The notes: generated from the letters alone by a model not told the origin. DNA of 64,000 bases from Eledone cirrhosa (GCA_964016885.1 OZ024743.1:372744001-372808000), one strand, 5' to 3'. Numbered from the stretch's first letter, positions 50,801 to 63,314 are shown. Numbers and translations are program-made.

Positions 50801-51455
50801 AGGTTATAGTAGGAGGCATGAGGTCACAGCCTGAGGTTATAGTAGAAGACATGAACTCACAGCCTGAGGTTATAGAAGACATGAGCTCACAGCCTGAGGT
50901 TATAGTTGAAGACATGAGCTCACAGCCCAAGGTTATAGTAGAAGACATGAGCTCACAGCCCAAGGTTATAGTAGGAGGCGTGAACTCACAGCCTGAGGTT
51001 ATAGTAGAACACATGAGCTCCCAGCCTGAGGTTATAGTAGATGACATGAGCTCACAGCCTGAGGTTATAGTAGATGACATGGGCTCACAGCCTGAGGTTA
51101 TAGTAGAAGACATGAGCTCACAGCCCAAGGTTATAGTAGGAGGCATGAACTCACAGCCTGAGGTTATAGTAGAAGACATGAGCTCACAGCCTGAGGTTAT
51201 AGTAGGAGTCATGAGCTCACAGCCTGAGGTTATAGTAGAAAGGATGAGCTCACAGCCCGAGGTTATAGTAGAAAGGATGAGCTCACAGCCTGAGGTTATA
51301 GTAGGAGGCATGAGCTCACAGCCTGAGGTTGAAGTAGAAAGGATGAGCTCACAGCCTGAAGTTATAGTAGAAGACATGTGCTCAAGATATCTTGTAGTGG
51401 GACTGAACCTGGAACAACATAATTGTAAAGCAAACTTCTTAACCAACAGTAATGC
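38885..51455 (-). mobile_element. tRNA-derived SINE split by the 33-bp satellite (head at ~51377-51455, body remnant at ~38885-38930)
   Basis: Left flank AATTCCATTCATAAGGCATTGGTCAGCCCAAGGTTATAGTAG and right flank GAAGACATGTGCTCAAGATATCTTGTAGTGGGACTGAACCTGGAAC join to match the unsplit copies at 19688 and 34645. Confidence 0.75.
38912..51376. repeat. 33-bp satellite (CACAGCCTGAGGTTATAGTAGAAGACATGAGCT), ~12.4 kb, about 375-380 units, Hook intron 1
   Basis: Periodicity is directly visible; source of the MSSQPEVIVED and MSSTITSGCEL ORFs. Confidence 0.99.
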
Positions 51456-52304
51456 CTGCACCAAGGTCGAAAAGCAAGGATAAAATGATTATAGTGATGA
51501 TGATTGTCTAGTGTGCTTTTTCTTCCTAATTTTGAAAAATCTAACCACATTTTAACACATCAGCAAATTGTTTAACATACAATAAATTCTCTCTCTCTCT
51601 CCCTCTCTCACACAAAAATATTTAAATTCTCACTTCAATGACACATTTGGTGAAAGTTTACGATTTGTAAATATGTGTTAATAAAATATGTGATTTGTAG
51701 ATACCATCATCACTATTTAAATCTATTTTCCATGCTTACCTGGGTTAGACGAACAGGATTCTAAGGAAGCCAGACAGGTCAAATAACCATGTTTTGTTCA
51801 TATAATCACAGTTTGGCCTGGATTTTCTACAGCTGAATGACTCTTCTAATGCCAACCACTTTAAAGTGTGTACTGAGGACTTTTTCATGGCACTAACACT
51901 AACACCTTATACAGTAGACTGGGTGCTTTTTGTTGTGATACCAGCATGGCTACCTTACAAGGTGAACTGGATGTTTTTTCATGGCACCACCTTGAGTGGA
52001 GTGGGTACATTTTGTTGTGGCATCAGCATAACCACCTTACAGGGTGGATTGGATGCTTTTTGTCATGACACTAGCCCAACCTTCTTACAGGGTGGACTTT
52101 TATCATATCACCAGTGCTACCTCATTACAACATTTGTATGCTTGTTGTGTTCTAGACCTGGCTGTTTATAAAATATATGATTTGTAAAAATGTGTTTATA
52201 AAATATATATTTCTTCAATTCTAAAATTATCAACTTTCCCCAACTCATGAAATTACAACATTTTAATACAATAACATTGTATTACAAAGAGAAATTGATC
52301 TTTT

Positions 52305-52582
52305 TAACCCTTTTGATACCAAACGACCAGAAACCACTTATGATAGAAAGCTGTTTGTATTAACCCTTTCATGGCCATATTTCTAATGGCATACACTCTA
52401 GTAAATAGTAGTTAATGAAGAATTTTGAGAGATTTACTAAAATTATCAATTTTTTTATTACTAAGATAGTAACTTAAAATTATGTTGGAAGATTTTTATT
52501 TAAATTGGAAACCTTTAAAATGGGTGATTTTATTTCATAGAACCAGAGCCTGTTTTGGCCAGGTTGATAACTAAAGGGTTAA
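52305..52582. mobile_element. piggyBac-type MITE (possibly nested)
   Basis: TTAA-CCCTTTTGATACCAA ... TTGATAACTAAAGGG-TTAA; related ends at ~16800-16824 and 31643. Confidence 0.55.
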
Positions 52583-53127
52583 GGTGTTCATATTTAAATT
52601 TAAATTTAAATGATCTATATACTCCAAACACCAGCTTAATAATCATCATTTAATATCCTGGTTGGACAGGCCTTAACAGACTGAGTCACTACTTACTGAC
52701 CTCTCAGATGTGCTGGGGTCTTCATCTCGCTTACATACATCCTTGCACTCTACCAAGTGCATTTTATTGTGGCACATGCACTAGGGAGATTGGTCATGTC
52801 TTTGACACAAACCTTTGTTTGACAGGTTTTCTATGGCTGGAAGCCCATCCTATCACCGTTGGTGATAGGATGAGCTTTACAGAGTGTACTGGGTGCATTT
52901 ATCATGTAGATCACCAACACTAGAAAGTTTGCCATGTCTTTGACAGTTGGAATGACTTTCTAGCTCATTATGTATTACATACATTTATTTATGACTTTCA
53001 GATAAATATTCCATTGTTTGCTTCAAATAATTTCTGTTATATTCAACTTCAGAATGAATAGTCATCAATGTGTCCAGTTTGTAAAAGGTACACTGTATCC
53101 TTGTATGTTGTAAGAAGCAATTAGAGA

Positions 53128-54472
53128 CTGTGAGCTCATACCTTGGGCTGTGAGCTCATGTCTTCTATAACCTCAGGCTGTGAGCTCATGCCTCCTACTA
53201 TAACTTCAGGCTGTGACCTCATGTCTTCTACTATAATCTCAGGCTGTGACCTCATGTCTTCCACTATAACTTCAGGCTGTGACCTCATGTCTTCCACTAT
53301 AACTTCAGGCTGTGACCTCATGTCTTCCACTATAACTTCAGGTTGTGACCTCATGTCTTCCACTATAACTTCAGGCTGTGACCTCATGTCTTCCACTATA
53401 ACCTCAGGCTGTGAGTTCATGTCTTCTACTATAACATCAGGCTGTGAGCTCATGTCTTCTACTATAACTTCAGGCTGTGAGTTCATGTCTTCTACTATAA
53501 CCTCAGGCTGTGAGCTCATGTCTTCTACTATAACCTCAGGCTGTGAGCTCATGTCTTCTACTATAACTTCAGGCTGTGAGTTCATGTCTTCTACTATAAC
53601 CTCAGGCTGTGAGCTCATGTCTTCTACTATAACCTCAGGCTGTGAGCTCATGTCTTCTACTATAACTTCAGGCTGTGAGTTCATGTCTTCTACTATAACC
53701 TCAGGCTGTGAGCTCATGTCTTCTACTATAACCTCAGGCTGTGAGCTCATGTCTTCTACTATAACTTCAGGCTGTGAGTTCATGTCTTCTACTATAACCT
53801 CAGGCTGTGAGCTCATGTCTTCTACTATAACCTCGGGCTGTGAGCTCATGTCTTCTACTATAACCTCAGGCTGTGAGCTCATGTCTTCTACTATAACTTC
53901 AGGCTGTGAGTTCATGTCTTCTACTATAACCTCAGGCTGTGAGCTCATGTCTTCTACTATAACTTCAGGCTGTGAGTTCATGTCTTCTACTATAACCTCA
54001 GGCTGTGACCTCATGTCTTCCACTATAACTTCAGGCTGTGAGTTCATGTCTTCCACTATAACTTCAGGCTGTGACCTCATGTCTTCCACTATAACCTCAG
54101 GCTGTGAGTTCATGTCTTCTACTATAACCTCAGGCTGTGAGCTCATGTCTTCTACTATAACTTCAGGCTGTGAGTTCATGTCTTCTACTATAACCTCAGG
54201 CTGTGAGTTCATGTCTTCCACTATAACCTCAGGCTGTGAGCTCATGTCTTCCACTATAACTTCAGGCTGTGACCTCATGTCTTCCACTATAACTTCAGGC
54301 TGTGACCTCATGTCTTCCACTATAACTTCAGGCTGTGACCTCATGTCTTCCACTATAACTTCAGGCTGTGACCTCATGTCTTCCACTATAACTTCAGGCT
54401 GTGACCTCATGTCTTCCACTATAACTTCAGGCTGTGACCTCATGTCTTCCACTATAACTTCAGGCTGTGAGC
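53128..54472. repeat. Inverted array of the same 33-bp satellite, about 41 units
   Basis: Unit ATGTCTTCTACTATAACCTCAGGCTGTGAGCTC is the reverse complement of the main array unit. Confidence 0.98.
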
Positions 54473-54732
54473 TAATTTTTTTTTTTTTTGTTACATCTTT
54501 TGTTTTTGTTCCCATTTTTTACATGCAGAAACCCATATTGTACCATCCTGTACTGAGCGTAATGTAGTTTTTGTAAACCCTTTGTGGTTAATAAAGATAT
54601 CGTTATTATTATTATGATAATAATAATAATTGTTTCTACGTTAGGCACAAGGCCAGCAATTACCCAATGTATTACTGGTACTTTATTTTATCGACTATGA
54701 TAATAATAATAATAAATGTTCTTTTTCTTCAG

Positions 54733-54818
54733 TTGGATACATTCAATATTGAGGCTCCCTACCACAACACAGATGAATTAAGTACTGGTATTGCAATGTC
54801 TCAAATATTAAATAAAAT
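54733..54818 (+). CDS. HOOK: Hook exon 2: LDTFNIEAPYHNTDELSTGIAMSQILNKI
   Basis: 86 bp, CTTTTTCTTCAG / GTAAGT, phase 0-2. Aligns without gaps to HOOK3 IQTFNVDAPCQTVEDLTNGVVMAQVLQKI. Confidence 0.92.
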
Positions 54819-56699
54819 GTAAGTTTCACTTGGTCTTTCTTTCGAGTCATCACATTGTTTTGTTTTGTTTTGTTTTTGTTTTTGTGGGGGGTGGGGAGGG
54901 GGTTACACATTCAACTCAGCAAGATTCATGAACTGCATTAACTGCACTGAAGTCGTGAATGGCACTCAACTGAGCTGGGTTCATCAATTACATTCATTAT
55001 CATCATCATCGTTTTTACCTCTGCTTTTCCATGCTTGCGTGGGTTGGATGGGTCCTACTCAGCATGGCATCTCTCCGCATAGCCACTTTTCCATGCTTGC
55101 ATAGGTTTAAGGGTCTTTTCGAGCACAGCCTCCCTCCACTTGCAGTGTTCTCTCGACATATCCTTTATGAGGTTCAACATTTTGAGATCACCTCCCACAA
55201 CCTCTGCCCAGTTTTCCTCTATTGTAGCTTCCTTCCACCTCCATCTCCTCACACTTCTTCACCCAACAATCAATCATCATCAATACACATCACTTGTACA
55301 ATCTTCTCTCTTGCACATCACATCTGATTCCTCCTGTCAAACCACAATGCTGCAAGATGAACTGTTTATGAGAGGTGGGCATAAACAATGTCACTGCTTG
55401 CTTTTTATAAACGTTGTCTATGTGACATCTGCAGCAACTGGTACACACACACATAAAAGGCTTCCTTATAGTTTCTATTTACTAAATTCACTTGTCCAAT
55501 GACCTGTACATTGAAGCAATTTCAGATAAGTTTCAGAGCTAAAAGTGACATTAAGTAATCAAAAGGTTAGGGTTAGCTAAATTTGTTTTCTTGTATGTAT
55601 TTTAGTTTATGATAAATAATGTGGAAGAGTTGGAAGGACTCTTATTTCATGTCAAAGATACAACCACTCTAGTGTTGGTGATCTACACAAGAAGCACACT
55701 CAGTACACTCTATAAAATGGTTGGTGAAAGGAAGAGCATCCAGCTATAAAAAATACCTGCCAAACAAAGGGGGTCAGGTGGATTTTTCAGCTGTGTTAAA
55801 GACATGACAAACTCTCTAGTGTTAGTGCCACAAGAAAATACTCGGTAGAGCATGGGAACATATGAGATGTGAGCCCTTGACCTATCTGGTAGGTTGGTGA
55901 CTTAATCTGTGAAGATCTATCCAAGACTTGTTAGCTAGGAAGACAGACATTAAATGATGATGATCTGTAAATATTATAGTCTTTTATTATTTTATTTTTT
56001 ATTTTTAGCTATAAATGACTCTTGAGATTGGAAAGATACAAAGGTACCTAACCCCTGTCCTAGTTAAAAAATATTGACAATTTTAGCTGCAAAGTAATAA
56101 AGAGAGCCATCTCACTATTAACAAAATGTAAATTTGTTTAATTAGGAGGACTAAAACTAGAACAGCTGTCACGAAATAAACTAATTTGGGGTAACATGTA
56201 CATGATAATTAGACAAGTGTGTGTATACTTTTAAACCTTTCATTACCATATCTTTTTATATACGGTGCTGCCAGGAATTTAGCAGGATTTAGTAATATAA
56301 TTAACCTTCTCGTTATTAAGCTGCTGTTATCCTGTGAAGGTCAACTTTGCTTTCATCTTTCCAGGATCAATACTATAAAAATACTGGGGTTGATATAATT
56401 AACTTTTCCCTCTCCACAAACTGATGGCCTTGTATTCTAAATTAAAAATCATTAAGTTGATGTTATCCTGCAGAGGTCAACTTTGCTTTCATTCTTCTGA
56501 GATCAATAAAATATAGTGCCAGTAAAGTACTGGGATCAATGGAATCAACTTTTCCCTTCCCACAAATTGCTGGCCTTGTGCCTAAATTAAGAATCAAGCA
56601 TAACTTAACAAAATTAAATAAAATTATGATAGGTTTTTTTTACGTAAATATAAACAATTTAAAATAAATAGCTCTGAAATATGAAAAATATCAACTATA

Positions 56700-57030
56700 T
56701 CATCATCATCATCATTGTTTTACATCAGCTTGTCCATGCTTGCATAAGTTAGATGGGCCATTTCCAGCACTGCACCATTCCACTCATTGTGGTTCTTCAT
56801 CTCCTTTGTGAGCTTCAGAAAATTGAAATCAGTTCTCACAACCTCTGCCTAGGTCTTCCTCTACAATGGCTTCTTTCCAGTGGAATTTCTTGGCACTTCT
56901 TCATCCAGCAATCATGATCTATAAACATCACATGTTCATACCAGCACTGTCTTCTCTCCATACACCCTTCTTCAAATTGCTCTTATACCCAGCTTTTCTT
57001 CCAGTTCATCCCTGCTTCATTGTTCATGCT
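56700..57030 (-). mobile_element. Degenerate RTE 3'-end derivative with (CAT)n tail
   Basis: Similar to 15050-15250, 36640-36990 and 55000-55330. Confidence 0.55.
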
Positions 57031-58068
57031 CATGTTTCTCCAGCCTTCACATATCAACATTCACTGCTCATGTCTCACCAGCCTTCACACACAACATTCA
57101 CTGCTCATGTCACACCAGCCTTCACATATCAACATTCACTGCTCATGTCACACCAGCCTTCACAAATCATCTACATTCACTGCTCATGTCACACCAGCCT
57201 TCACACATCAACATTCACTGCTCATGTCACACCAGCCTTCACAAATCATCTACATTCACTGCTCATGTCACACCAGCCTTCACACATCAACATTCACTGC
57301 TCATGTCTCACCAGCCTTCACAAATCATCTACATTCACTGCTCATGTCACACCAGCCTTCACACATCAACATTCACTGCTCATGTCACACCAGCCTTCAC
57401 AAATCATCTACATTCACTGCTCATGTCACACCAGCCTTCACATATCAACATTCACTGCTCATGTCTCACAAGCCTTCACAAATCATCTGCATTCACTGCT
57501 CCTGTCTCACCAGCCTTCACATATCAACATTCACTGCTCATGTCTCACCAGCCTTCACAAATCATCTACATTCACTGCTCATGTCACACCAGCCTTCACA
57601 CATCAACATTCACTGCTCATGTCACACCAGCCTTCACAAATCATCTACATTCACTGCTCATGTCACACCAGCCTTCACAAATCATCTACATTCACTGCTC
57701 ATGTCTCACCAGCCTTCACATATCAACATTCACTGCTCATGTCTCACCAGCCTTCACAAATCATCAACATTCACTGCTCATGTCACACCAGCCTTCACAC
57801 ATCAACATTCACTGCTCATGTCTCACCAGCCTTCACAAATCATCTACATTCACTGCTCATGTCACACCAGCCTTCACATATCAACATTCACTGCTCATGT
57901 CTCACCAGCCTTCACAAATCATCTACATTCACTGCTCATGTCACACCAGCCTTCACATATCAACATTCACTGCTCATGTCTCACAAGCCTTCACAAATCA
58001 TCTGCATTCACTGCTCCTGTCTCACCAGCCTTCACAAATTATCTGAATCCACTGATCATGTCTCACCA
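57030..58068. repeat. Minisatellite of alternating 41-bp and 38-bp units (79-bp dimer), about 26 units, Hook intron 2
   Basis: CATTCACTGCTC at 57133, 57174, 57212 and onward. It has no plus-strand stops, which explains three overlapping ORFs. Confidence 0.96.
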
Positions 58069-59464
58069 GGCAGACGATTGACAGTTATTTGATCCTTGCA
58101 ATATTTACTCTTTGCACTTCAGGTTCAAACCCCACCAAGATCATCTTTGCTTTTCATCCTTTCTTTCAACAAAATAAGGCACCAGTTCAGGGCAATGAAC
58201 TGATGGAATTGGTAAAGCATTGGCTGACAAAGATGTCAAGCCATATTTGTTCTAGCCCTTTATTTTCTGAGTTAAAATCCAACTGTGGTCCACTTGTGTG
58301 GGAGACTTAATCTGTCACTCTATTTAACAGTTTAACACTTCTCCCAGACTCTTCAGCAGAGTTCACTTTTTGAGTCCAGCATTTGAGCTATATTTCTGGT
58401 TTAAGGCTACTTTTCTCCCTCCTTCACTAAATAGTAAAAGAAAAATGTTTCTAAAATAAAACTAATGCAAGCTAAATCTCTTTAATCCATCCCTCCAAGG
58501 TCTAGTAACTTTCATAGACCAGCATCTATGAATCTGCCATTACTGGTTTGATGATGAGTCACCAGAGTGGCACTGTTTATCATATCCAAGTGTTTTAGTG
58601 ATACAGTCCAGCTCATTGTACTATTGTTTGGTTTGGGACTTTAAACTACATGACAAAAAGCACTTAGTCCATTCTGTAAGGTGGTAGTGCTGATGTCACG
58701 ACAAAAAGCAGGCCCCATGACACGATTCTCTATTTACCGTATCTTCTGTATCCCTTTCTCACTAAACCCCCTGGCATTCATTTACTTCTCCATAACCTTT
58801 GGTCACATTACCTCAATACATGACTCAGTCATTTCATACAATCTCTCTTCACAATATTAATCACTGGCTCTATTCTTATCCTCCTTTACAATTCAATGTG
58901 TTCATCTCTCTCACTGATACTCTGCTCATCCACTAAACCATTCTCATTTCCATTTGACCATCCTTCTCTGCTGCTCTACATTCATCAGCCATGTTTCACT
59001 TTCATAAATCAGCCTGTAATTAAACTGTATAATAGAGCCTGTCCTATATATAACAGACAGTGTATAAATAGTTTTAGCCTTCACTGTGATGTGTAATCAA
59101 TTAGCCAAAACATCCTGATTAGTGCATCAATAATTAATTAATTAAACTAATATTAGTAGATAGCCGAATATTTTGTCATCAACACATTATAAGACACAAC
59201 CATAATATCATAACGAACACCATGTTACCATATATATATATGCTGGACAGATTTTACAGGCAAAACCAACTGGCAGGAGACCCAGGGGTAGACCCCCGAG
59301 AAAGATGATTGGATAACATCCATGAGCTTGGCTGGTCTCACTTGGGGATCCAGCTGGATCGGTTGGAGATGGTTGCTTCTGACAGGACCTGCTGGAAGGA
59401 GTGTTTGAGGACTCTGCCCCTACCACCTTCTTAGGAATAAGTGGGCAAGGAAGAGAAGATATAT

Positions 59465-59792
59465 ATATGGCTTAGTGGTTAGAGTATTGGCCTTGCAATC
59501 GAAAGGTTGTGAGTTCAATTCTCAGACCGGGTGATGTGTTGTTTCCTTGAGCAAGGCACTTTATTTCACATTGCTCCAGTTTACTCAGTTGTAGAAATGA
59601 GATGATAGGGACTGGGGTCCCTATCATTCCACTGCAAAGTGGTCGTGGAGGTGCCACGGCAAAAAAAGCACCCAGCACTCACTGTATATGAGGTTGGTGT
59701 TAGGAAGGGCATCCAGCTGTAGAAATCAAGCCAGAATCAGTTCCCGTCCCACCCCTGCAAGCAGAGAAAAGCGGACGCAAAAGGATGATGAT
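59465..59792 (+). mobile_element. Composite SINE: tRNA-like head plus RTE-type tail ending in (GAT)n
   Basis: A box TGGCTTAGTGG and B box GAGTTCAATTC; highly similar to 63315-63650. Confidence 0.75.
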
Positions 59793-60647
59793 AGGTGGTT
59801 GGTGTTAGGAAGGGCATCCAACTGTAGAAAACCTGCCAGACAGTCCTATGCGAGCAAGACAACCACTCTTGCCTCAAGTGGGAAAACTCCCGTCCAAACC
59901 CATGCAAGCATGGAACACGGACGTTAAACGATGATGATGATGATGATATATATAATCATTTTTACATTGACCTTTCAATGTTGGCATCGTTTGAACAGGA
60001 CTTTTGGAGGCAATGTTTTACAGCCCTCACTGACACCATCACTTTTAATCTCTTCTTAAAACACATGGGGATAGGATGTACCTAAATACAAAAGTATATT
60101 TAAATAAACCATTATTATCAGAAAGCAACCCATCTAGGAAGGCAGTGACTCCAAATAAAATAAAACTGCACGGGATAGACATAGGCTCTGTAGGCCATGA
60201 AGAAGGCAGCCTGTCTAGGAGAGCAGTGGCTCCAAATAAAATGACATGAGCTCTGTAAATCATAGAAAAGGCAACCTGTCTAATAAAAACTGAATAAAAA
60301 CTTAAGGGAGATGCAATTTGGTTTCATGCCAGGGAGGAACACCAAAAGAAGTTTGTAGCTAAGAGTTAGCCTCTATATCTAGCTTTTATTGATCTAGAGA
60401 AAACCTTTGACAGAGTACCCTAATCTTGACCTGTCTGAGAGGTTAGTAACTTTCCTTGAGTACTGTGATGACACTTCCAACCATTATTAGCAGGGAAAAC
60501 GGACAATAAATTAAATGATGATAATAATATATGTGTGTGTGTGTGTATGTAAATATATATATATATGTGTGTGTGTGTATATACTTATATTTAGATTAAA
60601 AGATCAAATTGATGCTAATATATTTTCTCACTCTCTTTCTGTTGTAG

Positions 60648-60720
60648 TGATCCAAAATTCTTCCATGACCAGTGGGTACAGTCTATGTATTCTGACCCAG
60701 GAAACAATAGAAAACAAAGG
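60648..60720 (+). CDS. HOOK: Hook exon 3: DPKFFHDQWVQSMYSDPGNNRKQR
   Basis: 73 bp, TTGTAG / GTAAGA, phase 2-0. Aligns without gaps to DPAYFDENWLNRIKTEVGDNWRLK. Confidence 0.9.
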
Positions 60721-61256
60721 GTAAGATTTATATATATACATATGTATGCACACACATACACGTGTGTGTGTGTGTATATATATATATATACAGTCCATCT
60801 TGTAAGGTGAATGTGCTAGTGCCATGGCAAGAAGTCCCAGTGTATGCTGTGAAGAGGTTGGCATTAGCAAGAACATCCAACCATAGAAAACCAAACCAAA
60901 AATGGAAAGTATGAGCAAGATATGATCACCTGTTCCCTCTGGCCACATAACGTGACCACCCGTCTAACCTGTACAAGCATGGAAAATAGACATAGATCAA
61001 TGATAATGATGAGTGGTCATTTTAATGTCAGGACACTGTAAAGTGGTCCTGTTGATGCCACGATAAAAAGCACCCAGTCCACACAGTAAATGTGGTTGGT
61101 ATTAGGAAGGGCATCCAGTCGTAGAAACCAATACAGAAACAGTTCTGTATGAGCAAGACTGTCATCTGACTTGACTTGTCTCACAACAGGACAATGCAAC
61201 TAACCCATGCTAGTGGGGGAAAATGGATGTTAAACAATGATATATATATATATATA

Positions 61257-61530
61257 GTTGTATGGTTGCAATAAATGTGTCCATAGCTGGAATGCCGTTT
61301 GAGCACTCGATGCTCGTGCAGAGCAGAGTATATTATTATAGATAACGAGGAATCAGTGATGCATCAAAACACAATTTATTAACATATTACATATGCTTCT
61401 CCAACAATCAGCTGAAGGCAGGATCTGTTACAGATCGAACCTGACTCTGCATTCGGAAGGTCCTCAGATATGCGCTTTCAAAGCCTTTCATCGGATGAAA
61501 TTCAATATGCAGTGGCTAACTAGGATTTGC
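61257..61530 (-). mobile_element. Second copy of the LTR-like repeat at 10729-11063
   Basis: GTATGGTTGC...GAGCACTC...GAATCAGTGATGCATC...GATCGAACCTGACTCTG, adjacent to (TA)n. Confidence 0.55.
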
Positions 61531-61886
61531 AACGGACTGTTTATATGAATAACTGTTTTAAGTTTACACATATTTATCAGCAGCTGTATCTACTGGTCTC
61601 ACAAATTTTGAATAAACCATTTTCTTTTACTTTTACCTACTCTACTTCTTTCCTTGCCCCCCCCCCCCCTCTCTCTACACACACACACACACACACTCTC
61701 TCTCTCTCTCTTTCTCTCTCTCTCCAACTAGAGGCTACAACAAGACATTTGTCCGAAGATACTATGCAATAGGATTGAACTGAGAACCACAGAGTTACAA
61801 AGTGAACTTCCTAATAACACAGTGTTATGTTTAATATTTTTTAGTCTTGTATATTAATGGGGTTTTCTTTCTATTTAACTTTTCAG

Positions 61887-61937
61887 ACATCAAATTTACA
61901 GAAGATTTTAAACAGAGTTCAAGAGTTTTTTAACAGT
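61887..61937 (+). CDS. HOOK: Hook exon 4: TSNLQKILNRVQEFFNS (gene continues beyond the window)
   Basis: 51 bp, TTTCAG / GTAAGT, phase 0-0. Aligns to ISNLKKILKGILDYNHE. Confidence 0.92.
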
Positions 61938-62768
61938 GTAAGTAATTATTTTATTTATTTTTTTTTTAATCACAAATTATTTTCCAGATCCGTTGGAGAC
62001 TGTTGCTTCTGACAGGATCCACTGGAAGCAGTGTTTGAGGACTCTGCCTCCATGCCCCTCTCAGGAATAAGTGGGAGGAGAAGATGACAAATTATTTTCA
62101 CATTTCTTACTATTCTCATATCTTACACATAAGCAGAATCCAGTGGTCAGAAATACTGAGAGATTTAGTGATGAAAGGTGTTCCAAGTATAATGTATCTG
62201 GGACTACATTAGTTATTGTATCATATAGTAGTTAGTATTAGAGACTATAGTTGCTGATGTGTCATGCCTGAGCAGCCCTGATCCAACATACCTGTGATGA
62301 AAGATGTTCCAACCATGACTATCCCATCTTTTATTCAGATATAATGTATCTAATGACTTCATTATATATTGTATAGTATAGTATAGGTCGCCTCTGATCC
62401 AGCAAACCTGTAATCAAAGATGTTTGTGTGACCAACACCAACAGCATCCTAGAGGAGGGGCTTAGCATTATTCCATTGTATGTCTCAACTAAGCTTTGTA
62501 GAAGTTGTTTTTTTTAGTAATATAAGATTGGTTCTGCTATATAGGTTAACCTGAATTGAAGGTTTTCAGGTTGGTGAATATTTTGCTAGTTTGGTCAACA
62601 GAAAGATACATTTACTTGATCTGGGTGGGGTACAAGCCCCAGTGTAGAAAGAACAACAGACAAAATTTTGTTGTAGACTTGAATATAACAGAAATATATG
62701 TTTAATAGAGGAATTTAATAAACATTTGTCGTACTGCCTCTCTGTTCTGTCCCTGTTCAATTTTTCAT

Positions 62769-62832
<64 letters not shown>

Positions 62833-63048
62833 AGAGGCCCAACAGTCCAGCTTAAACCATTTCAATGGTCAAATTGGAAATAAATCTGATTAATTTCCAA
62901 TCCAGCCATCAAAACAGTTTAAGTTTGACCAGTGGGCTTTCTATCCTATAATAATATCTACATCATCCTACTTTCCTTAAGTATTGAGTATTAAGTTGAA
63001 TAATGGTATTATTAGTCTTAACTAGTAACATCTCATCAGTGTATGTGG

Positions 63049-63104
<56 letters not shown>

Positions 63105-63314
63105 CTGGATAGAAGTTTCATTACTCAACCTGAAACTATCAATAAGTGCAGTCTGTATCTGTGCTGCCTCTCCAGGAAGGTCACCAGGCTCTATGCACTA
63201 AGTACTCTGGTGTTCTCTCTAGGGGGCAGTGGTTCTACTCTGACTCACAACCTCCAATTTAATGAGCCTTTAGGCATGAGAAAGCCTTTTTTTAAACATT
63301 AAATATATTAGAGA

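Noticed and set aside
38911-51483. Giant ORFs (up to 2261 aa) on both strands as repetitive structural proteins
   Set aside because: The 33-bp unit is stop-free in one frame per strand by chance. The array derives from a SINE, lies in an intron, and has point stops (~40034, 40691, 44680) and a frameshift (~43360). There is no signal peptide or unique domain.
56009-56043. Candidate Hook exon 3 after a strong pyrimidine tract (…DWKDTK|GTACC)
   Set aside because: Stops occur in all three frames; a correctly phased, homologous exon exists at 60648-60720.
56866-58092. His-rich ORFs in three frames
   Set aside because: A 79-bp period cycles the same peptide through all frames; a G-poor repeat in a Hook intron.
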